From positions 277,841 through 341,840 of the forward strand of contig CAZBFO010000002.1 in NCBI GenBank assembly GCA_964491475.1: 64,000 nucleotides of DNA, read 5' to 3'. Position 1 is the first letter of the stretch. Every line of letters starts with the position of its first letter. Shown here one piece after another: positions 48,110 to 57,191 of this stretch. Below the pieces are notes generated by a model. The model searched no databases, had not been told where the DNA came from, and saw nothing but the letters and a program-made list of their open reading frames with translations. This stretch comes from an uncultured Gammaproteobacteria bacterium. GTDB taxonomy: Bacteria > Patescibacteriota > Patescibacteriia > SG8-24. The translations under genes were made by a program, and so were the position numbers.

Positions 48110-48868
48110 ATGAAGACCGCCGTGGGCAAAGCTACGTTTTTGAGGCTGCTGGGCATAGTCGCCGGTTCCATGGTTTTCGCCATGGCCGTCCCCGTCGCTT
48201 ATGACCCCTCCGCATTCAACATGCTTTTGCCGGTGGCGATTTTTACCGCCGCCCTGCTGGCGATAATGATCGTCAATGCCGCCGACCGCCGCGAAAAGCT
48301 GATGGAGGCCGTCCGTCTGGAGCTCAACAAGCTTCGCCGCATCTACCATCTCTCCAAGAACATCGCCGAGAACAACGGCAAGTACCGCACCTGGTTCACC
48401 GACATGCACGGTTTCATCTACGGCTACCTGTCGGGGTTTTCGGGCAAGGACTTTTCGGCTTACGACAAGTTCAACGGCGGTTTCCGCAAGGTCAGCTATC
48501 ATATCTACACCATCCCCGACATGGACACCCGCAAGTGCGAGGTGCTCTTCCAGGACTTGCTCCACACCGCGGGTACGGTCGCCGAGGCGCGCCAGCAGAT
48601 CAAGGAGCTGTGGGATAACCGCATGTCGGCGTTCGGCTGGACGGTCGTCGGACTTTCTTCGCTGGGATACGTCGTAGCCACGATTTTCGCCATGGACGAC
48701 TGCCTGCAATGCAGGATAGTCAGCGGCATCTCCATCGCCGCGATGCTCCTGGCCCTCGATTACCTCCGTGATACCGATACCCTCTCGGGCGAAAAGAAGG
48801 CCTTGGCGGAGCGCTATGTGGCTAACGTCGGACGCCTTGAGCTGGGCCGCAGGCACGAGGAAGAATAA
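48110..48868 (+). CDS. Hypothetical 4-TM protein (possibly DUF4239/bestrophin-like topology)
   Basis: Two TM pairs flanking a helical soluble domain; TGCTATACT 9 nt upstream of ATG. Confidence 0.7.
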   Translation: MKTAVGKATFLRLLGIVAGSMVFAMAVPVAYDPSAFNMLLPVAIFTAALLAIMIVNAADRREKLMEAVRLELNKLRRIYHLSKNIAENNGKYRTWFTDMHGFIYGYLSGFSGKDFSAYDKFNGGFRKVSYHIYTIPDMDTRKCEVLFQDLLHTAGTVAEARQQIKELWDNRMSAFGWTVVGLSSLGYVVATIFAMDDCLQCRIVSGISIAAMLLALDYLRDTDTLSGEKKALAERYVANVGRLELGRRHEEE

Positions 48869-48871
48869 ACT

Positions 48872-49021
48872 ATGAAAAATCACGCGGGCGGAAACCGAAA
48901 GTCGGGACCGGGCTACCGCACGCCCAGCACTTTCCGTTTCGAGGTCCAGCGCCGGACCCGCAATCAGCAGGTGAAGAACAAATATTCCAACGACAATCAT
49001 CCGTTCACCAAGAAAGCCTGA
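48872..49021 (+). CDS. Small basic protein, 49 aa
   Basis: MKNHAGGNRKSGPGYRTPSTFRFEVQRRTRNQQVKNKYSNDNHPFTKKA; begins 3 nt after the previous stop and fills the gap up to a terminator-like hairpin. Confidence 0.55.
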   Translation: MKNHAGGNRKSGPGYRTPSTFRFEVQRRTRNQQVKNKYSNDNHPFTKKA

Positions 49022-49060
49022 TGAGGACATCGTCAGTCTTTTTTTAACGCCCACCGCACT

Positions 49061-49753
49061 ATGCCACGCTCGCACGAAACCGTCGTCCTTTCCCTCGGCG
49101 GCTCGCTGATCGCCCCCAGGGAGGGGATAGACGTGGCGTTCCTGAAGGCCTTCGGGAACTTGGTGCGCCGCCACGTCAAGAAGGGCCGGCGCTTCGTGAT
49201 CATCTGCGGCGGCGGCACCACCGCACGCAACTACCAGGGCGCGGCAGAGAAGGTCACCAAGCTCACTCGCGACGATTTGGACTGGCTGGGCATCCATGCC
49301 ACGCGCCTCAATGCGCACCTGCTGCGCACGGTGTTCCGCAACCTGGCCCATCCGCGCATCATCACCGACCCGCACGAGGACATGGCTTCGCGCCGGCCGG
49401 TCATCATCGGCGCAGGCTGGCGTCCGGGCTGCTCGACCGACTACGATGCGGTGCTCCTGGCCAAGCGCTACGACGCCACGCGACTCATCAACCTTTCAAA
49501 CATCGCCTACGTCTACGACAAGGACCCCCGCAAGCATGCCGACGCCGTTGCCCTGCCGTCGCTCACTTGGAAGGAGTTCCGCAAGCGCTTCGGTTCGCGC
49601 TGGCACCCGGGACTCAACAGCCCCTTCGACCCCGTAGCCTCGAAGGAAGCCGAACGTATCGGCTTGACCGTGGTCATCGCAGAGGGCCGTGACATCGCCA
49701 ACCTGGATCGGATGCTGGAAGGGAAGCCGTTCAAGGGGACGATGGTCGGCTGA
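49061..49753 (+). CDS. pyrH: UMP kinase (archaeal-type)
   Basis: VLSLGGS, ICGGGTTARNYQ, DWLGI.ATRLNA, PGCSTDYDA, VYDKDP, FDPVA. Confidence 0.92.
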   Translation: MPRSHETVVLSLGGSLIAPREGIDVAFLKAFGNLVRRHVKKGRRFVIICGGGTTARNYQGAAEKVTKLTRDDLDWLGIHATRLNAHLLRTVFRNLAHPRIITDPHEDMASRRPVIIGAGWRPGCSTDYDAVLLAKRYDATRLINLSNIAYVYDKDPRKHADAVALPSLTWKEFRKRFGSRWHPGLNSPFDPVASKEAERIGLTVVIAEGRDIANLDRMLEGKPFKGTMVG

Positions 49754-49796
49754 ATCGCGTTGACGAAACCGCCGCCCGTTGTTAAAAAAGACGGGT

Positions 49797-50264
49797 ATGC
49801 ATGACGCCTCCAAGAAGAAACTGCTTTCCGCCGCCGTTCCGGTCGGACTCGCCCTGGTCATCATCGCCGTCATGGGCTTCATCATGTCCCGTGACGCCCA
49901 AAAGCTGATGGTTCGCGCCTCGGACAAGCCGCCGGCGATTGATTTCAGCTGGTCGCCTGCCGGCCCGGTCTCGCTGGCCGAAATGAAGGGCATGCTCAAG
50001 ATCGCCGATGACTACGGTTTGGACTTCACCACCTATCACATGAAGCTGGTGGAGCTTGATCGTGACATCGACCTTCCCATTCCGGGCCTGATCGGCAAGG
50101 AATACGAGCAACCGATCTCGTTCTCGCTGATTGCCAACGACCCCAAGCTGATCGGCCTGAACCGCCTGACGGTCGTCACGTCCATCGCCGACGACCGCGG
50201 GCAGAGGACGGAACTGACGCGCGTCATCGACCTTCGCCAGGACGTCTCCATTAATCCCAAGTAA
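49797..50264 (+). CDS. Hypothetical protein with N-terminal TM
   Basis: TTGACG upstream; single TM; bidirectional terminator at about 50265-50297. Confidence 0.65.
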   Translation: MHDASKKKLLSAAVPVGLALVIIAVMGFIMSRDAQKLMVRASDKPPAIDFSWSPAGPVSLAEMKGMLKIADDYGLDFTTYHMKLVELDRDIDLPIPGLIGKEYEQPISFSLIANDPKLIGLNRLTVVTSIADDRGQRTELTRVIDLRQDVSINPK

Positions 50265-50300
50265 AGAAAAAAGCCCTCGCAAGCGCGAGGGCTTTCCGTT

Positions 50301-51482
50301 TCAGGCGGGTTCGTCGTTGGCGGCATCTTCGCGCTCGGCGGCCGCGAGCCGATGCTCCAGGCCGGCCAGCTCGTTGCCGGCTGCTTTGCGTCGCAGGACG
50401 ATGTGCGGGCGCACGTGCACGGTCTTGGTGCGCGTGTCTTCGCCTTCCGCATCCTTGCGGCGCGGCGGACGACGCCAGTGGCCTGGCTTGATGTGCGCCG
50501 GGAGGTCGCTGCCGCCGCCCAGCATGCCGATGCCCAGGAACATCCTGCGATGCTCGGAGGTAAGCGGCTTGTCGGTGCTGACGACGGCGTATTCGGCACC
50601 GTGCAGTACGGGATCAGGACAAGCCTTCCAAGGTGACACCAGCGCGGTGTCTTTCGGCAGCGTGTCCAGGTACAGGCACAGGCCGATGACCAGGCGAGCC
50701 GCCTGATCCCATTCGGGGTGGGTGCCGCCGCAGCCGCACAGTTTCCCGTGCTGCTTCTGCATCAGGTCGTCGATCGAGTCGGTCACCGGGAGGTCGGCGA
50801 TGCCGTCTTCAAACAGGCCGAAGTTCGAGAGGCTGCCTGCATGGACGCGCTGCCGTGCCGCCTTGAATTCGGCGTCTAGTGTCGGCCAGCGCTTTTCTGC
50901 CAGCGCCTTTTCCATGCGCGCCCTCGTGCCTGGTTCAAGCGGAGCGCGTTCCAATCTCTTGGAGAGCAGCCGGAAGCTGATCAGCGTCCTGGGTTCGCCG
51001 CCACCGGGGTCGGCGAGACAAATGCCGTTTACCAAAATGGCATCGATAGGTGCGCCGGTCTTGTCGATGATGGGCTCCTCAAGTCCCACCACAAAGGCAC
51101 CGGACGGCCAGGGAATTCCAGACCAGGTGACGCCCTTGAGGGAAGTCGCGTTGAGCAGCGCCTGCAAGTCGCGGGACAGGCGATAGCCGCGGCGCGACTC
51201 CGTCATCCATGACGCGACGTGCACCGGAATCATGACCCGCGTGGCGCCGACCGCCTCTATCAGGGTATCTTCCGGCTGCAGATAAGGCGCTAAATGGTCG
51301 AGGCTCCCTGTGGCCTTGGCATGGACTTCGGTCCGCAGCTGTCGGTTGTTCTTAACGACCCAGTCCAGCGGACTGGGCGGAATGCCGCCGGTCCTTGCGT
51401 TCAGCGCCTTTCGCATGCCGTACAGGAAAATGCAGTCCTCCCAAATGCGAAGCATCTGGCTGACGCGGGCGAGCTGTTTCAT
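50301..51482 (-). CDS. Hypothetical protein with C-terminal H-x3-HWR...RPH basic motif
   Basis: GAGGAG SD; PAHIKPGHWRRPPRRK...KTVHVRPHIV. Confidence 0.7.
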   Translation of the reverse strand: MKQLARVSQMLRIWEDCIFLYGMRKALNARTGGIPPSPLDWVVKNNRQLRTEVHAKATGSLDHLAPYLQPEDTLIEAVGATRVMIPVHVASWMTESRRGYRLSRDLQALLNATSLKGVTWSGIPWPSGAFVVGLEEPIIDKTGAPIDAILVNGICLADPGGGEPRTLISFRLLSKRLERAPLEPGTRARMEKALAEKRWPTLDAEFKAARQRVHAGSLSNFGLFEDGIADLPVTDSIDDLMQKQHGKLCGCGGTHPEWDQAARLVIGLCLYLDTLPKDTALVSPWKACPDPVLHGAEYAVVSTDKPLTSEHRRMFLGIGMLGGGSDLPAHIKPGHWRRPPRRKDAEGEDTRTKTVHVRPHIVLRRKAAGNELAGLEHRLAAAEREDAANDEPA

Positions 51483-51607
51483 CGGATTCTCCTCTGAAAT
51501 GAGCGGTTTTCTTGCACGATGCCCACCGGCATCGACGCTCTTTTGTAGCAGCGTTTGGGCTTTCGGTCAACATGCGGCGTTTATCCACCCTTGTCGGCAC
51601 CAGCACC

Positions 51608-51636
51608 TTGACGGTTATGGGCGGTTCATATACAGT
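51608..51636 (+). promoter_or_regulatory. sigma70 promoter of rplJL
   Basis: TTGACG-N17-TACAGT. Confidence 0.7.
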
Positions 51637-51651
51637 ACCGGCACAACCGAA

Positions 51652-51800
51652 TTGCCTAAGACAATGGGTCCCGAAAAGGGTTAAGTGCTCGCGAAAGCGG
51701 GCGGCCTATCGAGGTAACAGCCTTTGATTTTCCCCGTAAACGGGCGAAAACGCATTGGAACCCATTGTCTGCGGCCATACGGCGTGCAGATGTTTTGTTT
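51652..51800 (+). promoter_or_regulatory. Ribosomal protein L10 leader with downstream terminator-like hairpin
   Basis: CCTAAGAC-AATGGG...TTAA...CCTATCGAGG core upstream of rplJ; TCTGC...GCAGA plus TGTTTTGTTTT. Confidence 0.75.
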
Positions 51801-51844
51801 TAAAGGTCGATTTGGAGGAATCAACGTAAAAGGAGAATCCCACT

Positions 51845-52369
51845 ATGGCCAAGTCTCGTGCAAAGAAGCAATCAGAAGTTCAGGAGTTCGTTGAAGGTTT
51901 CACCAAGTCGAACGCGGTCGTCTTCGCGGACTTGTCAGGACTCAAGGTGAACGACGCCTCGTCGTTCCGCCGCACCGCCAAGAAGGAGGACGTCGCCATC
52001 AACACGGCGAAGAAGACCCTTCTGAAGATCGCCCTCAAGGAAGCTGCCGTGACGGCAGTCGACACCAAGGACCTCGGCGGCTCGGTCTCGATGCTCTTCG
52101 GCTTCGGCGACGCCGTCGCTCCCGCCAAGGTGCTCGAGGAGTTCCGCAAGGATCACGCCAACGTCAAAGTGCTCGGCGGCATCCTCGAAGGAAAGTGGAT
52201 GACCACCCAGCAGGTCCAGGCGCTCGCCAAGCTTCCTTCGAAGCAGCAGCTGCTGGGACAGCTCGTCGGTACGCTCAACGCGCCGGTCTCCGGCTTCGTC
52301 AACGTGCTCGCCGGCAACCTCCGCGGTCTCGTCACCGTTCTCAATGCGGTCAAGGAAGCCAAGGCTTAA
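51845..52369 (+). CDS. rplJ: 50S ribosomal protein uL10
   Basis: AKKTLLKIAL, LAKLPSKQQLLGQLVGTLNAP. Confidence 0.96.
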   Translation: MAKSRAKKQSEVQEFVEGFTKSNAVVFADLSGLKVNDASSFRRTAKKEDVAINTAKKTLLKIALKEAAVTAVDTKDLGGSVSMLFGFGDAVAPAKVLEEFRKDHANVKVLGGILEGKWMTTQQVQALAKLPSKQQLLGQLVGTLNAPVSGFVNVLAGNLRGLVTVLNAVKEAKA

Positions 52370-52402
52370 TACTCAACTGTTGTTAAACTACCCACCACTA
52401 CT

Positions 52403-52807
52403 ATGTCGGAAATGAAGAACGTGGAGGTCCCGGCCAAGTTCAAGGACCTCGTCGAGTCGATCGAAAAGATGACCGTCCTTGATCTCGCCGAGCTCGTGAA
52501 GCTCCTCGAGGACAAGTTCGGCGTCTCCGCCGCCGCTCCTGCCATGATGATGGCCGCCCCGGCCGTCGGCGGTGCAGCTGCCGCCGCCGAAGAGAAGACC
52601 TCTTTCGACGTTGAGCTCACCGATGCCGGCGCCAACAAGATCGGCGTCATCAAGGCGGTCCGCGAACTGACCCAGCTCGGCCTCAAGGAGGCCAAGGACA
52701 TGGTCGACGGCGCCCCCAAGATGGTCAAGGAAGGCGTCGCCAAGGCCGATGCCGACACCATGAAGAAGAAGCTCGAAGAGGCCGGCGCCAAGGTTACCCT
52801 CAAGTAA
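52403..52807 (+). CDS. rplL: 50S ribosomal protein bL12 (L7/L12)
   Basis: [39 protein letters not shown]. Confidence 0.98.
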   Translation: MSEMKNVEVPAKFKDLVESIEKMTVLDLAELVKLLEDKFGVSAAAPAMMMAAPAVGGAAAAAEEKTSFDVELTDAGANKIGVIKAVRELTQLGLKEAKDMVDGAPKMVKEGVAKADADTMKKKLEEAGAKVTLK

Positions 52808-52819
52808 CCGGCGCAACCG

Positions 52820-52851
52820 AAAAGACCGCTCGCAAGGGGCGGTCTTTTTTT
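52820..52851 (+). terminator. rplL terminator
   Basis: AAAAGACCGCTC-GCAA-GGGGCGGTCTTTTTTT. Confidence 0.85.
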
Positions 52852-52870
52852 GCGGCTATGCGATGTGAGG

Positions 52871-53036
52871 GCCAGCGGCGCAGCCGCGAGGCGGCCCCGC
52901 CCGCAGGGGTACAGAATATTTTTTAGCCTGCGGGCCAAAAAATTTCCTCTACCTCGCGCGAAATCCGGCTGCGGCCGGATTTCGCGCTGCGGTAAGCCCC
53001 CTGCGGGCGGGGCCGCCTCGCGGCTGCGCCGCTGGC
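52871..53036. repeat. 166-bp palindromic element with perfect 39-bp terminal inverted repeats (MITE/REPIN-like)
   Basis: 52871-52909 is the exact reverse complement of 52998-53036; two internal hairpins with TGCG loops. Confidence 0.85.
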
Positions 53037-53128
53037 GTGGCAGATGCAGGGGCTCAAATTGACCGGGCTGGCGGACGTGGTACTGTTGCGGCGTTGTTCA
53101 TTTCGTTACACGAAAAAGAGGTGCGACG

Positions 53129-53980
53129 ATGTCGCGGATTGTTGGCGTGGATTGCGGCACTTCTTTGCGGAAGTATGCTTGGCGCGGCGACGACGGGAAG
53201 CTGCAGTTTCGGACCTGTTTCGGCGACGCGCGGGAAGAGCAGCTGCTCAAGGAGCTGATCGGCGGGTGCTGCGTCACGGCGCAGCTGGTCGGGATAGGTG
53301 AGCGGCCCACGGCCGACTGCGTCATTTATCGCACGGCGACCGGAGATGTCATCGACGACGAGGTGCGGTTGCAGGCCGAGGGCGTGCGGCAGCTGCTCAA
53401 GGAGCAGGGGATGCCGCACGACGAATTCTTGGTCGCGTCGGTCGGGACGGGAACGTCTTACGCCGTTTTTGCCGACGGAAAGGCGGAGAAACTGCCGTTC
53501 GGAAATCCGATCGGCGGCGGGTTCATTTCCGGACTCTCTCGGGGTGCGCCGCACTGGGTGATGGCCGATCTGGCGGCCAAGTCCATGGGCGATTCGCTCG
53601 ATCTGCTGTATAAGCACGTCTTTCCCGAGAAGGAAGGGAGCGCAGAAGGCGAATTCGTCATTTCGCATTTCGCGCGCAAAGTCGAAAAGCGCACCGCCGA
53701 ACAGTACTACGCCAGCGTGCTGAACACCGTCGCCGTGGCGGTGGCGCGCGACCTGCTGATGTATCGCGCGTCGCGTCCGCTGCCGCAGCAGGTGGCGTTC
53801 ATAGGCACGTGCGTCAGCATGATGCGGCCGCTGGCGCTGCTGCTGCAGGCGTACGCGGCGGGAATCGGGTTCACCCCGACGGTGCCCGTCAGCGGGGAAT
53901 ATTCGGCGGCGATCGGCGCCTTGCTTTCGGCGGAGGCGGAACGTGCCGCCGAGCAGGGCGGAGACATCGGCGAACGCTGA
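53129..53980 (+). CDS. Type II pantothenate kinase-like protein (fumble/CoaW family, ASKHA fold)
   Basis: VGVDCGTSL, VASVGTGTS, IGGGF..GL, DLLYKHV, ISHFAR, GEYSAAIGALL. Confidence 0.75.
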   Translation: MSRIVGVDCGTSLRKYAWRGDDGKLQFRTCFGDAREEQLLKELIGGCCVTAQLVGIGERPTADCVIYRTATGDVIDDEVRLQAEGVRQLLKEQGMPHDEFLVASVGTGTSYAVFADGKAEKLPFGNPIGGGFISGLSRGAPHWVMADLAAKSMGDSLDLLYKHVFPEKEGSAEGEFVISHFARKVEKRTAEQYYASVLNTVAVAVARDLLMYRASRPLPQQVAFIGTCVSMMRPLALLLQAYAAGIGFTPTVPVSGEYSAAIGALLSAEAERAAEQGGDIGER

Positions 53981-54032
53981 CGCAGAACGAAAGGACCGGC
54001 TCTTGTGAGCCGGTCCGTTTTCATTCCGCGGC

Positions 54033-56357
54033 TTACTTCACGTCCGGAAGTGCGAAGCGGAGCACTTGATTTCCCTTGGTGACGTAGGCGACGGTGCCCT
54101 TGTCGTCGATGGTGAAGTCGGTGGCGCCGTTCATGGCCTCGTTGACGTATTGGGCCACCAGCGTGCCGACGTGCTTGTCGTAACGGAGGATGCGGGCGGG
54201 ATTGGTGTCGAGCACGAACAGGTCGGCGTCAGGCGCGGTGCGGATGCGCACTGCCGACGTGACCGGCGGGTCCGCTGCCGAGACGTCGAACGGGGATTGC
54301 AGGCCCTTGACCACGTGGACGATGCTGCCGTCCTTGTTGAGCACCCAGACCGCGCCGTCGATCGCCATGGAGACGCCGCGGCTCAAGTCGGTGCCGTCCT
54401 TGAGATAGAACTGCGGTTTGCCGAAATCCTTGGATTCGGCCAGATGCCGGGTGATGCGGTTATGGCTGGCGTCGAGGACGTACAGGCGGGAGTTGTAGAT
54501 TCCGGCATCGGCAGGATCGGTCTGCGAGGAGGCGAAGTCGACGGGCACGTCGTTCTTTTTTCCGGCCAGGGTGATGCGAGCGCCCGCGCCGGCGGAAGTC
54601 GCCACGTACACGTCCTTGCCCTGCGCGATGAACACGGCGGGGGAAGCGCCTCCGGGGACGTCACCTGCCTTTTCGGCAGTGCCGCCGCTGGTCGCCAGGC
54701 GGTACACCTCGCCGGCCGATGAGGCCACCCAGAGGGTGTCGTCGGCGGAAGTCATTTTGGCCAATGATGCGGCGCCCGCCGCGGAAGTGATGCTGGCGAG
54801 GATGTCGGGCTGGCCGACTTTGACTTCGCGGCGCAGGCTGTCATGCGCGGCGGCGATTTTCTTCGTCAGCGCCTCCTTGGCGTCTTTTTCGGAAGGTTTT
54901 GCGTCGGGGAGCACGGCGACGGCGGACGTGGCGTCTGCCAGCAGGGAAGCCGCGCGGGATTCGTCATGGTAGATGGCGCTGGCTTCGGCCGAATCGATCT
55001 TCTGTTGGATGGCCGTGAGCTGCTGTTCGTACGCGGCGAACCGGTCTTCCTTGGCCTTGTTCCACGAAGACGTCATCAAGCCTGCCTTGGCAACGAATAT
55101 CATCAGCAGCGCAGCCAGCAGCAGGGCCCTGCTCGGCTTGTTCAACGAGTTGAACCTGTCGACCATTCGGTTCATGAAACCGTCGGTGTTCTGCCGCACG
55201 GCCGCGATTTTTGCCGATCGTTTTTCCCTGCTGAACATCGCCAACAGGAACGAGCCGATGCCCGACAGCAGCGCCAGCAGTCCTTTTGCCGAGGCTTTCA
55301 GCGCTTTGGCGGCCATTTCCAGCACGGAACCGACCAGCGTGCGCTCGGACGGTTGGATCGGAGCAGGGACGCGGAGCGATGCGGGCTTCTCTGGCGCACG
55401 CGAGTCGCTTGGTGCCTGCGTCGCGGGTTTTTTCTGCTGCTGGGCGGGTGCCGGTTTGCCGTCCTCGCGGCGGAGCATGCCATTCATCTTTTTGCCGATG
55501 CCATTCATCAACGACGGGGCCATGGTCTCGCCGGTTTCCGATTGCGTGCGCAGCAGTTGCGCCATTGAGGCGCTGGTCTTGGAGCCCGCGGCGCGCTGTG
55601 CGGCCGGCGAGAGCGACGGATCGTTTTCGAGGTAACGGATTTCGGCGACGTCGAGCACCAGCAGGGCCATGGTGAGCATCCGGTCGCGAGGCGAAAGCAG
55701 GCGATTCAGCCGCGAGGTCGCCTCGGCGGGCTCATGTCCGAGAATGGCGGCGGTCAGCGCGTCGTCGCCGAGGTGATGGCGCAGGTCGTCAGATGCGACA
55801 AGCAGGCGGTCGCGCTTGCCAAGGCGGCCGGCGATGATGCTGCCGAAGCAGCGGCGCGCATAGACCGTCTTGTACGACGCTTGCTCCGCAGAGCCGTCAT
55901 CGACCAAGTCGAAAATCCGGGCGGCGTCGTTAGGAAGCGGATGGAACAGGAGCATCGAGGGTCCGCCCCAGGTGGAGGCGACCATGTCGTGATCCTTGAT
56001 GGACACGATAGCGGCGCTGACCCTTTCGGGGTCGATGTCCAGGCCGTATTCGCCAAACAGCCGGTTCAGGGCGTGGTTTGTGCGGCTGATTGCCGCTTCG
56101 AAAAGCTGGTCCTGCGGAGCGTCGCCGGAAAGCCGGCGTACCGCCTCGGCCGCACCGCGGGTGAAGGCGTCTTCGAGGTGCGCGGCCAATGCTTCGGCGT
56201 GACGGCCGTTGGCGTCGGCGGCGATGATGCCGTATGCGCGGCCGAAACGCTCCGTCGTTTCGCGGTCAAAATCCAAACGGAGAGCGTGAACGAAAGTCGC
56301 TCCCTTCTTGGCGTCCCAGCGGACGAGGTGGCTCATTCGTGCTTCCGTCAGTGACAT
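54033..56357 (-). CDS. Hypothetical protein: degenerate PP2C-like N-domain, TM, helical linker, C-terminal beta-propeller
   Basis: FEAAISRTN, DRLLVASDDL; YNSRLYVLD, MAIDGAVWVL, LFVLD repeats. Confidence 0.75.
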   Translation of the reverse strand: MSLTEARMSHLVRWDAKKGATFVHALRLDFDRETTERFGRAYGIIAADANGRHAEALAAHLEDAFTRGAAEAVRRLSGDAPQDQLFEAAISRTNHALNRLFGEYGLDIDPERVSAAIVSIKDHDMVASTWGGPSMLLFHPLPNDAARIFDLVDDGSAEQASYKTVYARRCFGSIIAGRLGKRDRLLVASDDLRHHLGDDALTAAILGHEPAEATSRLNRLLSPRDRMLTMALLVLDVAEIRYLENDPSLSPAAQRAAGSKTSASMAQLLRTQSETGETMAPSLMNGIGKKMNGMLRREDGKPAPAQQQKKPATQAPSDSRAPEKPASLRVPAPIQPSERTLVGSVLEMAAKALKASAKGLLALLSGIGSFLLAMFSREKRSAKIAAVRQNTDGFMNRMVDRFNSLNKPSRALLLAALLMIFVAKAGLMTSSWNKAKEDRFAAYEQQLTAIQQKIDSAEASAIYHDESRAASLLADATSAVAVLPDAKPSEKDAKEALTKKIAAAHDSLRREVKVGQPDILASITSAAGAASLAKMTSADDTLWVASSAGEVYRLATSGGTAEKAGDVPGGASPAVFIAQGKDVYVATSAGAGARITLAGKKNDVPVDFASSQTDPADAGIYNSRLYVLDASHNRITRHLAESKDFGKPQFYLKDGTDLSRGVSMAIDGAVWVLNKDGSIVHVVKGLQSPFDVSAADPPVTSAVRIRTAPDADLFVLDTNPARILRYDKHVGTLVAQYVNEAMNGATDFTIDDKGTVAYVTKGNQVLRFALPDVK

Positions 56358-56522
56358 ACGTAGCGCTACTTTTCCACACTCTTAAGGATAGCTTATTCTT
56401 CGGCAAAAGGCATCGGTTCGGCGGTCCAAAACGGCCGTTGTTGACCGCCGCATACTGGGGGATTATACTACACGAGAACTTAAAGGGGTACTGCAGTTTG
56501 CGGCCCCGGTGTGGACACCGAC

Positions 56523-57155
56523 ATGCTTGAACAGCTTTTTGGTTCAAAGACGCGAGTCCGACTGCTTCGGCTCTTCCTGAACAACGCCAAAGGAGCGTTC
56601 TTCGTGCGCGAGCTGTCCCGCAAAATCGGCGCCCAGATCAACGCCATCCGCAATGAGCTCGAGAACCTGGTCGACATGGGCATCATTTCGGTGGTCACCG
56701 ACGTCGATGATTCCGAGGACGAGACCAAGGGCCGCGCCAAGAACCGTCGTTCCGTGCAGCAGCGCAAGTACTACCGCCTCAACCAGGACTCCCTCCTGTA
56801 TCCCGAGCTGCGCGCCCTGTTCATGAAGTCGCAGGTGATGCTTGAAAAGGACTTCGTGCGCAAGCTGGCCTCCGCCGGCACCATCAACTACCTGGCACTC
56901 ACGGGCTTCTTCGTCAGCGAGGAACCGCTGCCCACCGACATGCTCATCGTCGGCAAGCTCAACGCCGACAAGCTGGCCAGCGTCATTCGCAACTTCGAGC
57001 GCGAAATCGGCCGCGAGGTCAACTACACGCTCTTCACCCCCCAGGAATTCCGCTACCGCCGCGACGTCACCGACCGCTTCCTCTACAGCATCCTGGAATC
57101 GCGCAAGCTGGTGGTCGTCGACACCATGTCCGACCGCGTCGGCATTCCGGCGTAA
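56523..57155 (+). CDS. Winged-helix plus nucleotidyltransferase-like protein
   Basis: LFGSKTRVRLL, FVRELSR, NAIRNELENL, TDMLIVG, EIGREVNYT. Confidence 0.8.
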   Translation: MLEQLFGSKTRVRLLRLFLNNAKGAFFVRELSRKIGAQINAIRNELENLVDMGIISVVTDVDDSEDETKGRAKNRRSVQQRKYYRLNQDSLLYPELRALFMKSQVMLEKDFVRKLASAGTINYLALTGFFVSEEPLPTDMLIVGKLNADKLASVIRNFEREIGREVNYTLFTPQEFRYRRDVTDRFLYSILESRKLVVVDTMSDRVGIPA

Positions 57156-57191
57156 CACGGGAAGGCGCGGCACTCTGTGCCCTCGTATTTT

